NCBI RefSeq assembly: GCF_006345805.1
Contig: NC_043014.1
Location: 45,074,001 to 45,138,000, forward strand
From: Octopus sinensis
Lineage: Eukaryota
Reading direction: 5' to 3'
Length of the DNA stretch: 64,000 bases
Part shown: in pieces, positions 22,715 to 36,350 of the stretch
Layout: each line of letters opens with the position of its first letter
Numbering within the stretch: position 1 is the first letter of the stretch
Notes under the pieces: generated by a model
What the model was told of the DNA's origin: nothing
The model's database searches: none
The model's input: the letters and a program-made list of their open reading frames with translations, nothing else
Program-made: the position numbers and the translations under genes

Positions 22715-23120
22715 TCTGGCACAAGGCCAGCAATTTCAGGAGAGGAAGTAAGTCGATTACGTTGACCCCCCAGTAATCAACTGGTACTTGTTGTATTGTG
22801 ACCCCTAAAGAATGAAAACTAAAGTTGACATCGGTGGAATTTGAACTCAGAATGTGAAGTCAGATTAAATACTGCTTAGCATTTCGCCTGGCATGCTAAC
22901 AGTTCTGCCAGCTTGCCACCTTAAATTACCATAAATAATAAGTCCTACTTTAGGTACAAGGCTAACAAATTGGAGGAAGGTGGGGAATAGTTGGCTCCAA
23001 TACTTGACTGGTACTTTATTTCATCAACCCTGAAAGGATGAAAGACAAAATTGATTCCAGAGGGATTTGAACCAGTACAAATATTGCAAAGCATTTTTTC
23101 AGAATAATTCTGCCACCTTA
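22715..23120 (-). mobile_element. Two older A-like SINE copies in tandem
   Basis: Two degenerate gaccc...gaatgaaa...aaagttgac...gaatttgaactcag blocks. Confidence 0.65.
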
Positions 23121-24369
23121 TTTACCATAATTAATAATAATTATAGTAGCAATGCAATAATTACTACAATTCTCATCAGACATTTCAGTCATGCCGGTCC
23201 AAGTTGCTAGGTTTTTCCTAAGAGTGTCTTAAGAAATATTACCATATACAACATTATTCTATTATATTCTGATTGAGCAAGACTCCAATTAAGGGATATA
23301 ATAACTTTACTGCTATTATTGAATTTAGATAGTCTCATCACACTGGAGTATAATTCAAAAACTTTTTTTGAAGATGCGACTTGAGTCTATTTTAATATGT
23401 TTATGTACATCAAACTGAAGTCATGTGCTAAGTAGTGTTGTCTGTGAATAATATAATCGATTAGATCGATCCCAGTATGCAACTGGTACTTAATTTATCA
23501 ACCCTGAATGGATGAAAGACAAAGTCAACTTCGGCAGAATTTGAACTCATATACAAATTTACTTTTAAGACTCCAGGTTTTAAGTCCATGTCTGGAATTT
23601 CTTTTCTAATTTCACCACAGATTCAACTATAAAAACTAGATCATTTGAAATCTGAAGCTTCCAAAGGCAGCTAGTCTTAAAGTCTTCTGCAATGACCTAG
23701 TGGTCTGTAATAAACATAAGTCTGAGGACTTAGACTTTACCTGCATTCTTAATTTACTGATATACTAATCACTAACTCTTACCTTGTTAATCACACCTCT
23801 GTACTTGACTTGCACAGCTTTCACAAGCCATTCACTTATTCCAAGCATCTTCAATGGCCACCAAATCACAGAGCAGGTAACCATATCAAAGGTCATCTCT
23901 AAGTTAACATAACAAGGTACAAGGGTTTATTTCTGGCAAGATATTTCTCCTGCAGCTGTCTCACTAGGAAGATAACATCAGAAGTACTTCTTCTTGGCAT
24001 ACAACCAAACCGTATAGCACCTATATTAACTCTCTTCCTGATTAATTGTACTATAAACTCTTTCAGTAACCTTCACAACTCAGTTCAATAGTTTAATATT
24101 TCTGTATTCTACCTTCTCTTTTGCCCTTGTAGCAGGTAACAATGATATTGCTGTGCAAGTCACACGGTACGGCACCCTCTTGTACCAACTGGTTTACTAT
24201 GTAGGTGATCACCCCACATACCATTCCAATGGATATTGTAAGTATGTCTGATGATTTTTTATGGATTAGGTGCCTTGCTATCTTCATATCCTTAACTGAT
24301 ACCCCCCCACACACACACACAGAGCTAGAGACACAATTACATGCATATATAACTTATTCATATGCAAAT

Positions 24370-24765
24370 GTATCTTTCTAGACCCATAAGAACAATTTTG
24401 ATGGTAACAAGCCTTCCATATAGGATGTTTTCTAAACTGTATACAGTTCATACAGTAATAGGCTTGAAAACCAGAACTCTTTTGATAAAATGCATCATTT
24501 TATCTTTGCAGAACGCAGAGGTCTTGGTGGTGAGACAGGACCAATAGCATCACTCTAGGTTTGACAAAAGATGATAAAGCATTGCTGAAAAACCTTCTGC
24601 TGCTTTGGCTATGTACAACAATTTAAATGCAGAGAACAAAATTTAGGTGAATGTAAAGTGGAGGCAATATAAATTGAACATAGCTCGAGCATATAAAAGT
24701 TCCCTAATGAGTGAAGTAAAAACCTTCGCTTTGAATTTCAGTCTAGTCAGATTAAAAACATCCCC
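24370..24765 (-). mobile_element. Decayed RTE-clade LINE RT fragment
   Basis: DVFNLTRLKFKAKVFTSLIRELLYA resembles the RTE motif LFNLRRLKAKTKV..LIRELLYADD; ILYGRL lies downstream. Confidence 0.55.
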
Positions 24766-24783
24766 TGTTGTACAATATTTTAT

Positions 24784-24818
<35 letters not shown>

Positions 24819-24898
24819 ATAATAAATATTAGGGAATAAATCCAAATTTACAAGGAAAAATCAGATTTAAGATTGAATCCAATTTTATAGTAAAATAT

Positions 24899-25104
24899 TA
24901 TATTATAATAAATTAGAGACAAAACCACTATTATGCAAATCAAACAAAGAAAGACTTAAGCCAATACATAAAATAATTTATATAAATTAAAATTTAACAA
25001 ATTTGTTAAATTTTAATTTATATAAATTATTTTATGTATTGGCTTAAGTCTTTCTTTGTTTGATTTGCATAATAGTGGTTTTGTCGCTAATTTATTATAA
25101 TATA
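24899..25104. repeat. 206-bp spacerless palindrome
   Basis: 103-bp arms centred at 25001/25002 (aacaaa|tttgtt) with one mismatch (gtctct vs gtcgct). Confidence 0.95.
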
Positions 25105-27420
25105 TATATATATATATTAAAGGATAAGCATATCGAAAGGAGTCCAGAGGAAAACTCATTTAAATTAAAGAGGTCCTTCCTTGGTAGTAAACAGGCTGGG
25201 AACCACTGCCATAGATTATAGTGCAATAAATTACTTGACTCTTTGTGATTAGGGGTATCAAAAGATAGTTGACCCCACTGTCTTCAGTGAAAGGTAAAAT
25301 TAGAGTTATGACATTTATGCACTTCCAATCAACATCTGGAAATCAAAACAATAGGCTGCAAACTTGGATACCAAGCTTACAGCCTATTGTTCAATTCGAG
25401 TAAGCTATTGTTACTCTGCAGTTGTTCATATTCTACCATCATTCATAGATAGCAACAACCAATTAAACACTAGATATTTCTATCTGAGAGAGAGAGAGAG
25501 TTTTAACTAAAGATTGAAGACAATGAATTAAGAGGAATGAGAAATGATATTTGAATAATCAACTTACTGAGTATATTTCTTTCTGTTTTATTAACATATT
25601 CATGTATTTTGTTTCATTGAAATTTAAATTCACAAATACAATTGAAAGACCATTTTTTTTTCCATTACAAAATGCATTAGACAAGAATAAACACATATAT
25701 TTAGTAACTGTTGTTTACTCTCTTTCCAGAGGTTTTAAATGTATAAAATGAAATTATGAATATAAATTAATGTTTATCATAAAATTTACAAATAGTATGG
25801 GAATTGGTGTATTTTTTACTACTTTTATTTTGTTAACAAAACTAAGATACTGGAGTGGCAGCCCCAAACAAATATAACAGCCATTTTTGTACATCTATCT
25901 TAATCAAAAAATGCCTGAATCATAAAACAAATGCCTAATTAATATGTTGTTTGTTTCTATTTTCATACATTTTATTTTATTGAATATAGTACTCCTCTCC
26001 TTAATCATATTTGCGACTAACTCTACAAAAATGATAATACAACTGGCATCGCAAACTAAAGAAGGGGTCTCTACATGGTTGCTCAAATAACTATGAATAG
26101 CAGACAGCTCTCCCTCAAATTGCATCCTTCTGTCTTAAAAACAGAAATACATTATACAATGTCATCTGGAAGGCTGTGGCTGAGGACCAAACAACAACTA
26201 TCACTACAAACACCAATACTACCATTATGATAATCACTATTACCATAATAACGAGATGATAGTAATAATGACCACCACTGGCATTTCTATTCCATAAGTG
26301 CAATCCTTCTATGAAAGATACATTTAACAAAATATTTTCCTTAGAGAAAAATGCTAAACCAGGCAACTTTCCAAGTACATGATGTACAAGGTGAAAATTC
26401 TTATAAGACAATATATTCTAATATCTCTAGTAATCATATTTATACTGAAAAATTTCATAAAAATACTCGTGACATACATGAAAATATAACACAAAATTTT
26501 AAAATATCTATGTTTCATCTCATTCTGTTGCTGTTTTCTCTCTTTATCACTTTTTCAATGACTATATTTCTATAGTCTTCTCAAACAGATGAATTTTCTT
26601 CACTTTAAGAGTACAAGAGATTTTCCTCCTTACAAAATATACTCAACTTTATAAATATTTTTAATGAACTGATTCTTGCCAATGCTGTCCACTAGAAGTT
26701 CCTTTGAATTCTTGTAATTATTCTAGACTTCTTTTTGTCTGCTTTGAATGACTCCAAGACAAACTACTTTCAGATTGGAATTGAAAATAGGTTAAGTCTC
26801 ATCTATACAAAATGTAACTAATAATAGTCCTTTTTGAGATTGAAAAAGAAGAAAGTGTTGTCTATGTGGCATGAACAGCATTATGACAAGACTAACTTTC
26901 TATAAATATGACTGGCATTTTATTATACATTCATTTTATTTTTCAAACAAAAATTTCTCGATATCATAATACTGAATAAAAGTAGTAGTCATCATAACAA
27001 TATGATTTACAATATTGCAGCTTATTATCATTGTGAATAACGAGATGGTGATTGTGAATATGGTGGTAGTTGTAAGATTAATTAAGGAGAGGAACTATAC
27101 TAAATATTTTTTAAAATTCTCACAAGCTATAAAATATTAAATACCACTGAGTTAATTAGTAGTTACCATATATGTAATTATTAAGTTTATGAAATAAATT
27201 CATCAGAAGTAATTAATATATGACAACACTAATTCATAAGCAGATTGTGTCGTCTAATAAGCTTTGGATAAAACATTTGGATACAAGCCAACTATTGATG
27301 CAGTTGGAGAATTAGGCATCATCTCATTGGAAGAAAGACCAGAATGAACAAATTAAGTGCAAAATATGTCTTCCTCTTTTTCTAGTAACAGTTTAGTTCC
27401 TGCGTTAGATAACCATAAAA

Positions 27421-27799
27421 TCTTTATATATAAAAGTGAGGTTGTGTGCTGTCTGTCTCCTACGATTTAGATTCCTAACTACTCCCACATTTTGCAGTGC
27501 AGTATCTTATAGTCGTGATTCATATCGAGCCCTTCTGGGTATTAGCGTGCGTCTACGATGAGTCTACGATTTAAAAAAAAATTTACCATCAATTTTTCCC
27601 ATTTTTAATGCATTTTTGGCATATATAAGGGAAGTAACTCTCTAAAAATTTATTATTAAATCTCAGAATGTAAAAAGCTACAGTAACACCCCCCTTTGTG
27701 GTTAACCATATTGAGATGGCTATTATACTTTACATCTCTAAAAATGCTTATATAGTTATTTCCCTTACAAACCCGAGCAACGCCAGGCGATACTGCTAG
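27421..27799 (+). mobile_element. Non-autonomous Helitron, family H2, copy 2
   Basis: A|TC...CTAG|T ends; lacks the ttaaccaaaaccgggt segment seen in copy 1. Confidence 0.9.
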
Positions 27800-28401
27800 T
27801 ACTACATAAAATAATTCTCCTGCAGGTTTTGATTTTGTAACAATCTGAGTTCAACATACTGCAAAATCTAACATACTAACAAAATCCTCGCAAATTCTAC
27901 AGTGTCCAACTAACAATGGAATGAATAGTACCTCTTCATGACATTGCTAGCTAGACTTCACAATTAAGAGATAAGTATATTGTACAGAAGCAGCAAAGCA
28001 TTGATGAGTGACTGCAAAACATTGAGCCATTAGTTGATAGAGTAACATATTATTAACTTGGTCAGTTGCTAGCCTTAGTATAAAATATATCGCTACAAAT
28101 ATAGAGTGCAGGTTACATAACTAGTAATTCTTTCATTGGTATTTCATAACAATATTATTAAGTTTAACTACGGCAACAATAAAAGGACATTCAATAAAAG
28201 CTAAATAGACAAGTGGTCTCCTATTTCTCCTTCCCTCTATTGTATGTGAGTGTGTGGTGGTTATAGTTAATTTTTGTTCATTGCAGAAGGTCGTCTACAC
28301 TCCATGCAAAGGGTTCAACACCAGTTAGCAAAGGGAATTATATATATAATAGTTAAATGCTTATATGCTACTCATCTAGACCTCTCTCTCTTCATACATA
28401 C

Positions 28402-28452
<51 letters not shown>

Positions 28453-29684
28453 TATTGAATAAGTTATTAAGTTGTTACTTAGCAGATTGTCATTTAAAAA
28501 GGCAAGTTCAAACTTTGACATAAATGGTATGAACAATAACTACTTTGATAGTTGTAGCATAGAAACTATGAAGTAAACTTATCAAATAAAAGATTATTGA
28601 AAACTAAGAAAATAATATTTACTTTTCTACTTCTCTATCTTTTGACACTTGCAAATACATGTACATTCATGTTAAACAGACACATAAGCAGGCAGACACA
28701 CACACACATGCACACAAGCAGACACGTACACACACACACAATAACAACATAATTTTGCTATATAATGAAACAAACTCCTGAGTACTGAAACTGTTTTATT
28801 TCTTAAATTATCTGGGAATAATTTGATATGGAATCACCAAATTTCAAACATTAACATCTTGTCATTTTAGACAGGGATTATGAAAATATATAATGGAAAT
28901 GGTTTTAAGTTGAAAATGTTTGATAAAATTAATGTAATTATTGTAATCTTTTAGATGAAAATCTAAAACTGTAGGAAAATCAAAACATTTCTTAAATTTT
29001 GAAAGATACAATTAATGTATACCTGAAATATCAAATGTAAACCATTTTAATTACTTAAGAATATAAAGAAATGCTTCTTTCTAATAAAATTATCTATATG
29101 TGAACATATCTCAATATTTTAAAATAAATTTTAGCTGAGACAAGATAGTGTCACTTTTTAAAAGAATGAAAATAAAGATCATAATTCATGCCTGGGTAAC
29201 TAAAAATAATACTATTGTTATAATCTAATATACAAAGAATCCAATTTTTCAAAATGAAAGGAAATAATAATTGAGATCATAGTCTCATAAAATTTCATGG
29301 TTTCAAAACAAATAAAAGAAAAATCATGTAATAATATGAAGCTAAAATTGAAACACACACACACACACACACACACAAGCAAACGAAAAAATTATGCAAT
29401 GACATGGAGTTAAAAGTGAAATAAGACTTTATGAAAAAGCATCATAAAATTTTATTAATAACATACTATTTTCCTCATTTAAAATTAGATGATAAAAATC
29501 ACTAAGTTGATTACTGTCTAGAAGCTATAGATTTAACTGAAGTTTCATGCTAAAAATGGTCAAATTGAACATGAGAAATTGCAAATCATTATATTTGCTA
29601 TTAATAATATAGCAGATATTATCTTATATCTGTCCTCTGTGTGTGTGTGTGCACATGCAAGTGCACATGTGTGATGGTGTGTCC

Positions 29685-29930
29685 CTATCTTGCTATTGTG
29701 TGTCATGGAAGATTTGAAAAGGTGACTTTTGTTTCCAATATTCCACGAAAGTTTCTCTGAACGTGGAGAATTGTTACCCTGCTTGGAAACAGGCGATGGT
29801 TGGCAATAGAAACTGCATCTTGGTGTAGAAAATCTGCAACAATGAATTTCTCTCTGACCCATGCAAGCATGGAAAAGTGAATGCTAAGATGATGATGACA
29901 ACAATGACAATGATATGATGATGATGACGA
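29685..29930 (+). mobile_element. RTE-type 3' region
   Basis: cccatgcaagcatggaaaagtgaatgctaa(gat)n tail. Confidence 0.7.
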
Positions 29931-30149
29931 TGTCCCATGAGCTTTAAATATTAAGAAGTCGATAATGGTATAAACAATGAATTATCATTTATAGTCATTC
30001 ATGTATGCTGATACTGCTTTCATTTGTAGTTTTTCAAAGTATTGTTTAGTGCATAGAAATAAATACAACCATCTGGAACTTGTTAACAATTCAATGTCTC
30101 CAGCAAACTTTTCATACTTTGATGACAATACAAAATGATCAATCTGAAG

Positions 30150-30183
<34 letters not shown>

Positions 30184-30239
30184 GGAGATTATTTCATGCT
30201 AAATTAACATTTTTCCAAGGAAAGGAATAACTATTGACA

Positions 30240-30573
30240 TCTCTATATATATAAACGGCAAAATGTCTGTGTGCATGTCCTTTATACAAATCCACAATTT
30301 TTCAGTTAGAGGGCTTGCACTTTCTATGGTCATTCAAATCTTTACATTTCCCCAGTCACCCCGCAAAGCCATTAAAAAAATCAATAGAAGTGACTTTTTT
30401 GTGAATTTTCTATCCAAAACCCAATCAAAATGCCCGATACGCCAATTGAATGCCAGCTAGCTGTATGTGATTGGTCGGAGATTTGGACAGTACTCGCATG
30501 TATGTGCGCACGCACGCAGCTGTATATGCATGCACTAGCACTACAACCCAGTGTTGCTGGGTCATAGTACTAG
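30240..30573 (+). mobile_element. Non-autonomous Helitron, family H1, copy 2
   Basis: A|TCtctatatatataaacggc 5' end; hairpin cccagtgttgctggg; CTAG|T at 30570-30573; about 30-bp internal deletion relative to copy 1. Confidence 0.87.
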
Positions 30574-31112
30574 TACATATATAACTGAGTCACACAGAAA
30601 ATGGATAATTCATTAATGTTACCATATGCATGAAGAATCCTACTTTATAGAGAGAGCAAAAACATCATAATCTTCATGTTTTTGCTTAAAGTTTTATAAA
30701 GATAGTCTCTAAGTATTTGAACAAGAATGAAAATACAGTTTTCAGGGAATGTAACATTTTACTGTCTCTTGCATCAATAACAACAATAAGGAAAAAAACC
30801 CTTTACCTCAATGAAACATTCATTCTAAAGAAGGCAAGAGTAAAACAGCATTCAGTTGTAACTTTATACAGTTAATATTTTCTGGATATTTTTGTGGTCT
30901 GTGTAGGGAAGCATGCACGCTGTGAGATAGTGTTACAAAAAGACATTAACTAGCTATTTAAATAGGGCACACAGGAGCTAAGGTGTGAAGTGAGATTTGA
31001 AAGAAATTGTGATAGCGCTAAAAAATGCTGTGGAACAGAAAATACTATGATAGTGTCAAAAACGTTTCAGAGAAATATAACAAATGTATATGTCAATGTT
31101 TGCATAAATATA

Positions 31113-31513
31113 CTCTTTACTCTCTTTTGTTTCAGTCATTTTGACTGCGGCCATGCTGGAGCTCCGCCTTTAGTCGAGCAAATCGACCCCGGGACTTATT
31201 CTTTGTAAGCCCAGTACTTATTCTATCAGTCTCTTTTGCCGAACCGCTAAGTGACGGGGACGTAAACACACCAGCATCGGTTGTCAAGCAATGCTAGGGG
31301 GACAAACACAGACACACAAACATATACATACATATATATATACATATATACGACAGGCTTCTTTCAGCTTCCATCTACCAAATCCACTCACAAGGCTTTG
31401 GTCGGCCCGAGGCTATAGCAGAAGACACTTGCCCAAGATGCCACGCAGTGGGACTGAACCCGGAACCATGTGGTTGGTTAGCAAGCTACTTACCACACAG
31501 CCACTCCTGCGCC
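31113..31513 (-). mobile_element. SINE family B, full length, 26-bp TSD
   Basis: tatatgtcaatgtttgcataaatata at 31087-31112 and 31514-31539. Confidence 0.93.
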
Positions 31514-31579
31514 TATATGTCAATGTTTGCATAAATATATATGTAATAATAAAAATAATTTCATGTATGTACGTATCGC

Positions 31580-31630
<51 letters not shown>

Positions 31631-32164
31631 ACACCCACACACACACACACACACACACACCACACACAATACACAGTGTGATTCAGAATGCCTGAAACAT
31701 ATATGATGTAGATAATCCTGAATTTATTTAACCATTTAGAAAGCCTTTAACCATAGAGACTGAAATGATGAAAAACATCCTATTGTTCCTTATGTAAGCA
31801 GAAAAGCAATTGGAAATCTTCTTACAAATCTGTTTTGGAGCAAAGAAGATGCACCACTATTCTCCAGTTACTAATAAAATTTTCAACTAAATCACAATAT
31901 ATAGCAGTTGCTTATCAGGATAAAGAATAAGAAGACGTTTTCACATCATTTTCATTTCCACAACTAAAGGCTTTCAAACAAATAACTGTAGAATTATCTA
32001 CATTATACACACATATCTTACTTACATACACATAATAAAAATACTAGATTTATGTTATGCCACTCTACCTCAATGCTTAGTATTTTCTTTCCTACTTAAT
32101 TATTTAATTACAATTCACTGCAATATGACTCCATACTTATATTATATATATATATACTAGCATG

Positions 32165-32385
32165 CCTGTACCGTCACTGTTAAATACATCAAGTTACTGA
32201 AGGACAATTTGATGCCAGACTTGGTTGGATCAATCAGGTGATTTTTACCATTGAGGTATTGAAAATCTTGTTGAACATTGGGAAGAAGTTGCAAAAATAC
32301 ATTGATTAATTAGTTGTTATTTTTCATTAAACCTTTCAAAAAATTTAAATTTTAAAAAACGGTGGGAACTTAGTTGCCAACCTAA
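32165..32385 (+). mobile_element. Mariner (DD34D-type) 3' fragment
   Basis: DFYH*GIENLVEHWEEV resembles the mariner C-terminus FYxxGIENLVERWEEV; ends with a TIR-like aaaaaacggtgggaacttagttgccaacctaa next to (TA)n. Confidence 0.7.
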
Positions 32386-32492
32386 TTATATATATATATA
32401 TATATTATTGTTCACATAACATTTATACACACATTATATGAACAATAATATTTTGAAAACAAATGTTTAATATTTAATTTCATATATACATT

Positions 32493-32523
<31 letters not shown>

Positions 32524-33003
32524 AACTGTTAAAGTAAATACAATTTATGATAAAAATTTTTAGTTTATTTTGATTAAAATATCAGCATCTTTGGAGCAAA
32601 GCCTTTAAATGCTGCAGCCTGCTTTAGCATCTGTGATTGTCACCTACTCCCACTCCATTTGTTGTTTTACTCTTCTTTCCCTCTAGTGTGACTAACAGGT
32701 CACACTTTGTGTTTTATTATATGTAAGATACATGCATACAATCTTTTAGTCAGGGGGCAAGGCAGTGCTCATGACTCATTACAATGCCTTCAAGACAGGT
32801 GGAAAGGGGAGAGGAAGGTTTTCTCGAACTGGAATCCTGGTTCAAATGCTTGCAACACAATAGACTCTACTGCTAAAGGCATCAAAAATTGTAGGTGGTG
32901 GTGGTATTAAACTGATCAATAGGTTAGTCTTACACCCAAGAAATACACATACACTCCCCCCAACACACACACACACAATGTCTGTAGTGCAGTAACAGAA
33001 ATA

Positions 33004-34484
33004 CAGGGTGGGGCAGAGAGGATGAACGTTTTTGAAATGGGTATTACTCAGCCCCATAGGGAGGGACATATGTCCGATATGTACCATTTGGTCTGTGGTG
33101 TCTTAGCATTTTTTTTTTCTTTTCAGGTGAAGCTATGGCTCTGTGGATGATAAAGCACCATGTGTTTGTTTGCAACAGTTATGTGCAGAATAACGAGTCT
33201 GTAAGGCATATTTTACATGAAGACTTGCATTTCCACCTGTACAAATTGGTCATTGGGCAACAATTGAAACCATGGGACTATGTACAGCAGTTTAACTTCA
33301 CAGATCAGATGGAAGCAATTTTTGAGGCAAATGACAACCTCATTTTGTTAATGAGTAATGAGTAATGAAGTTCATTTCATCTCAATGGCATGGTGAATCA
33401 ACAGAAACCAGGCTGTTCCCATCCATAACAATCTTATGTTGGGTGAATGTACTTCATACATAAGGTACATTAATGAACCGGCAGGTGCACCACGAATGGT
33501 ACGGTCCACGGAAAATGTGGAATGCATCAGACAAGCTTTGATACGAAACCCAAATCACTCTGCTTGGAGGCATTCCACTGAAACTGGCATCGGTAATCAA
33601 TCTGTAAGACATATTTTGCATGAAAACTTGCATTTCCCCCCGTACAAATTGGTCATTGGACAGCAATTGAAACCATGGGACTATGCACTTAATTTCACAT
33701 GTCAGATGGAAGCAATTTTTGAAGCAAATGACAACTTCATTTTGTTAATGAAGAATGAAGCTCATTTCATCTCAGTGGCATGGTGAATCAACAGAACTGT
33801 TGTTATTGGGCTCTTGAAATCTAAGAGAACTGCATGAAAGATCACTGCACAGCCCAAAAGTGATGGTCTGGTGTTCTGTTGGAAAAGTTGCCATCATTGG
33901 TCCTTACTTTTTAAAGACAATAATGGAAATGCTGTTACTGTGAACTCTGAGTGTTACATTGAGATGATAAACAACTTCTTTGTGCCTGAATTACAACGAA
34001 AACATATGCCTATTTGATGTGTGTGGTTTCAGCAGGATAGAGCAACAGCCTACACAACCAGAGCATCAATAGGTGTTCTTTGCCCTCTCTTCGGTGACGA
34101 CCTCATTTCCAGGTCTGCTGACATTCCTTGGCCCCCTTGGCCTCCAGATTTGTCCATGTGTGATTATTTCTTGTGGGGGGAACCTCAAGGCATGTGAGTA
34201 TGCGCATAAGCCTTACATATTAGATGATTTGAAGGAAGCTATTCACATGGAAGTCGCCCAAATTGACAGAGCAATGCTGGAGAGAGTGGAGACCAACTTC
34301 CAAGAATGCCTTCAGAAATGCATCAATGAAAATGGACACCAAATGATGGATGTTGTTTTGACACTTGATTTTGACAAATGCTAAGTCAATATGAACACAC
34401 TGATGTCAATAAAATTTGTTTGCCTCAAAAATTAATGATTTTGTGAATTTTTCAAAAACCTTCGGTCTTCTCTGCCCCACCCTG
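33004..34484 (+). mobile_element. DD41D (rosa/Visitor-type) Tc1/mariner element, decayed, with internal duplication
   Basis: TA|cagggtggggcagagag...ctctgccccaccctg|TA TIRs (about 33 bp); QQD-RATAYT...WPPWPPDLSMC-D-YFLWG with 41 codons between the two D residues, counted from the nucleotides. Confidence 0.92.
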
Positions 34485-35302
34485 TATTTATGAATACATT
34501 AGAAAAGGAATATATTTAAAATTTTGAATAAGCATGAATTTTGAACAAGAGGAAAATTACACATGATACCTGATATGCCCTTAGAGTAGCAAGTAGGAAA
34601 TGGTTTAACCCCAGATTTCTATTACATAATGAGAAAATGGCTAACAACCAAAATGAGTGTGAGAACAAAGCAAAAAAAAAATGTAGTGTATTTGAAATAT
34701 TTATAAAGCTAACTTGAGAGGAATCCAACTGTGAGTGAATTCAAATATTTTCAGAACTTTTATTAATGTTAATAATACTGTCTATATGATGTAACTAGAT
34801 TATTAAAAATACATAACATATCCTAGTCCCACCCACCCTTTTGGTTACGTTTGACTTGCTAAAGTTATCATATTTCTTAGTATATTTCATGTCAGGGGTA
34901 GGAAGATGAGTACAACTTCCGTGACTGACAAACTTTCAGACAATGGAAGGAAACGGCTAATTCTATCTTGGCTTTAACAACAAAAACAAAAACAAAACCA
35001 ACACTGTGTTTCCATATTTATAGTTTGTAAATTTAATCTCTCATTATATATGAAAAGAAAAAAAATATTTGAGAGTATATATTAATAGGTCATGGCCAAG
35101 ATGGTTATAAGTTTGCTGCAATAAAAGCATTGCAAAAAGACGTTCATTATTAAATACAAGTGAATTAGAACTTTAGCTTCATAGATTACTGAGAAATATT
35201 ATCTAGAGCATGTTATTTCCTACATATAAATAAATAGGAGTATAGCTGAAAGACTGTGCCATTTAGCAGAGATCAGTACATTCATTGTACATATATCTTT
35301 CT

Positions 35303-35314
35303 AGTACAATTATA

Positions 35315-35371
<57 letters not shown>

Positions 35372-35465
35372 GATATACACACACAAACACACATATGTAT
35401 AGACCTTCCCCATACATACAAATATACACATACACATATACATAATATTAATCTGTCTATACGCT

Positions 35466-35556
<91 letters not shown>

Positions 35557-36110
35557 AAACATACAAAGGGTTCTCATTTGGTAATCACAGTAGTCCATAG
35601 TATGTTTTTTTTCATATTCTTACGAAATGGCAAAATGGTCGTAACATTTCAGCAAAATGTTAAGTTTCATAAAAGGTAGAACAGGAAAAAAATAGAGCCA
35701 CTGGTGGAATCATTGGTGATATATGGTTTGCTGAAAGACTGTAGGCATGATGTAAGAATATGCATGGTAGACAGAAACTGAAAGAAGTCCATTGTATATA
35801 TGTGTGTGTATGTGTGTGTGTGTGTCCACCCACCACTGACAACCAGTATTGATGTGTTTATGTCCCTGTAACTTAGCAGTTCACCAAAAGAGTCTGATAG
35901 AATAAGTATCAGACCGTAAAAAACAATTAGTACCGGTGTCAATTTATTTGACTAAAATTTTTGAAGGTAGTGCCCCAGCATGGCCACAGTTTAATGACTG
36001 AAACAAGTAAAAGATAAGAGACATAAAAGGCTGACTCAACTGTCCGACGAACGACAACGTGAAACTCAGAGTAATAGGTTTTGTTGAATTTTCTGCTGCT
36101 TTAAATAAAG

Positions 36111-36162
<52 letters not shown>

Positions 36163-36313
36163 GATATACACACACAAACACACATATGTATAGACCTTCC
36201 CCATACATACAAATATACACATACACATATACATAATATTAATCTGTCTATACGCTTATACACACACACACACAACACACACACACACAACACACACACA
36301 CACACACACACAC

Positions 36314-36350
<37 letters not shown>

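Noticed and set aside
22490-26800. Additional acceptor-like sites on the minus strand (about 22655, 23445, 25485, 26793)
   Set aside because: Most are followed by early stops in all frames, and none has both an open frame and a convincing donor; indistinguishable from background.
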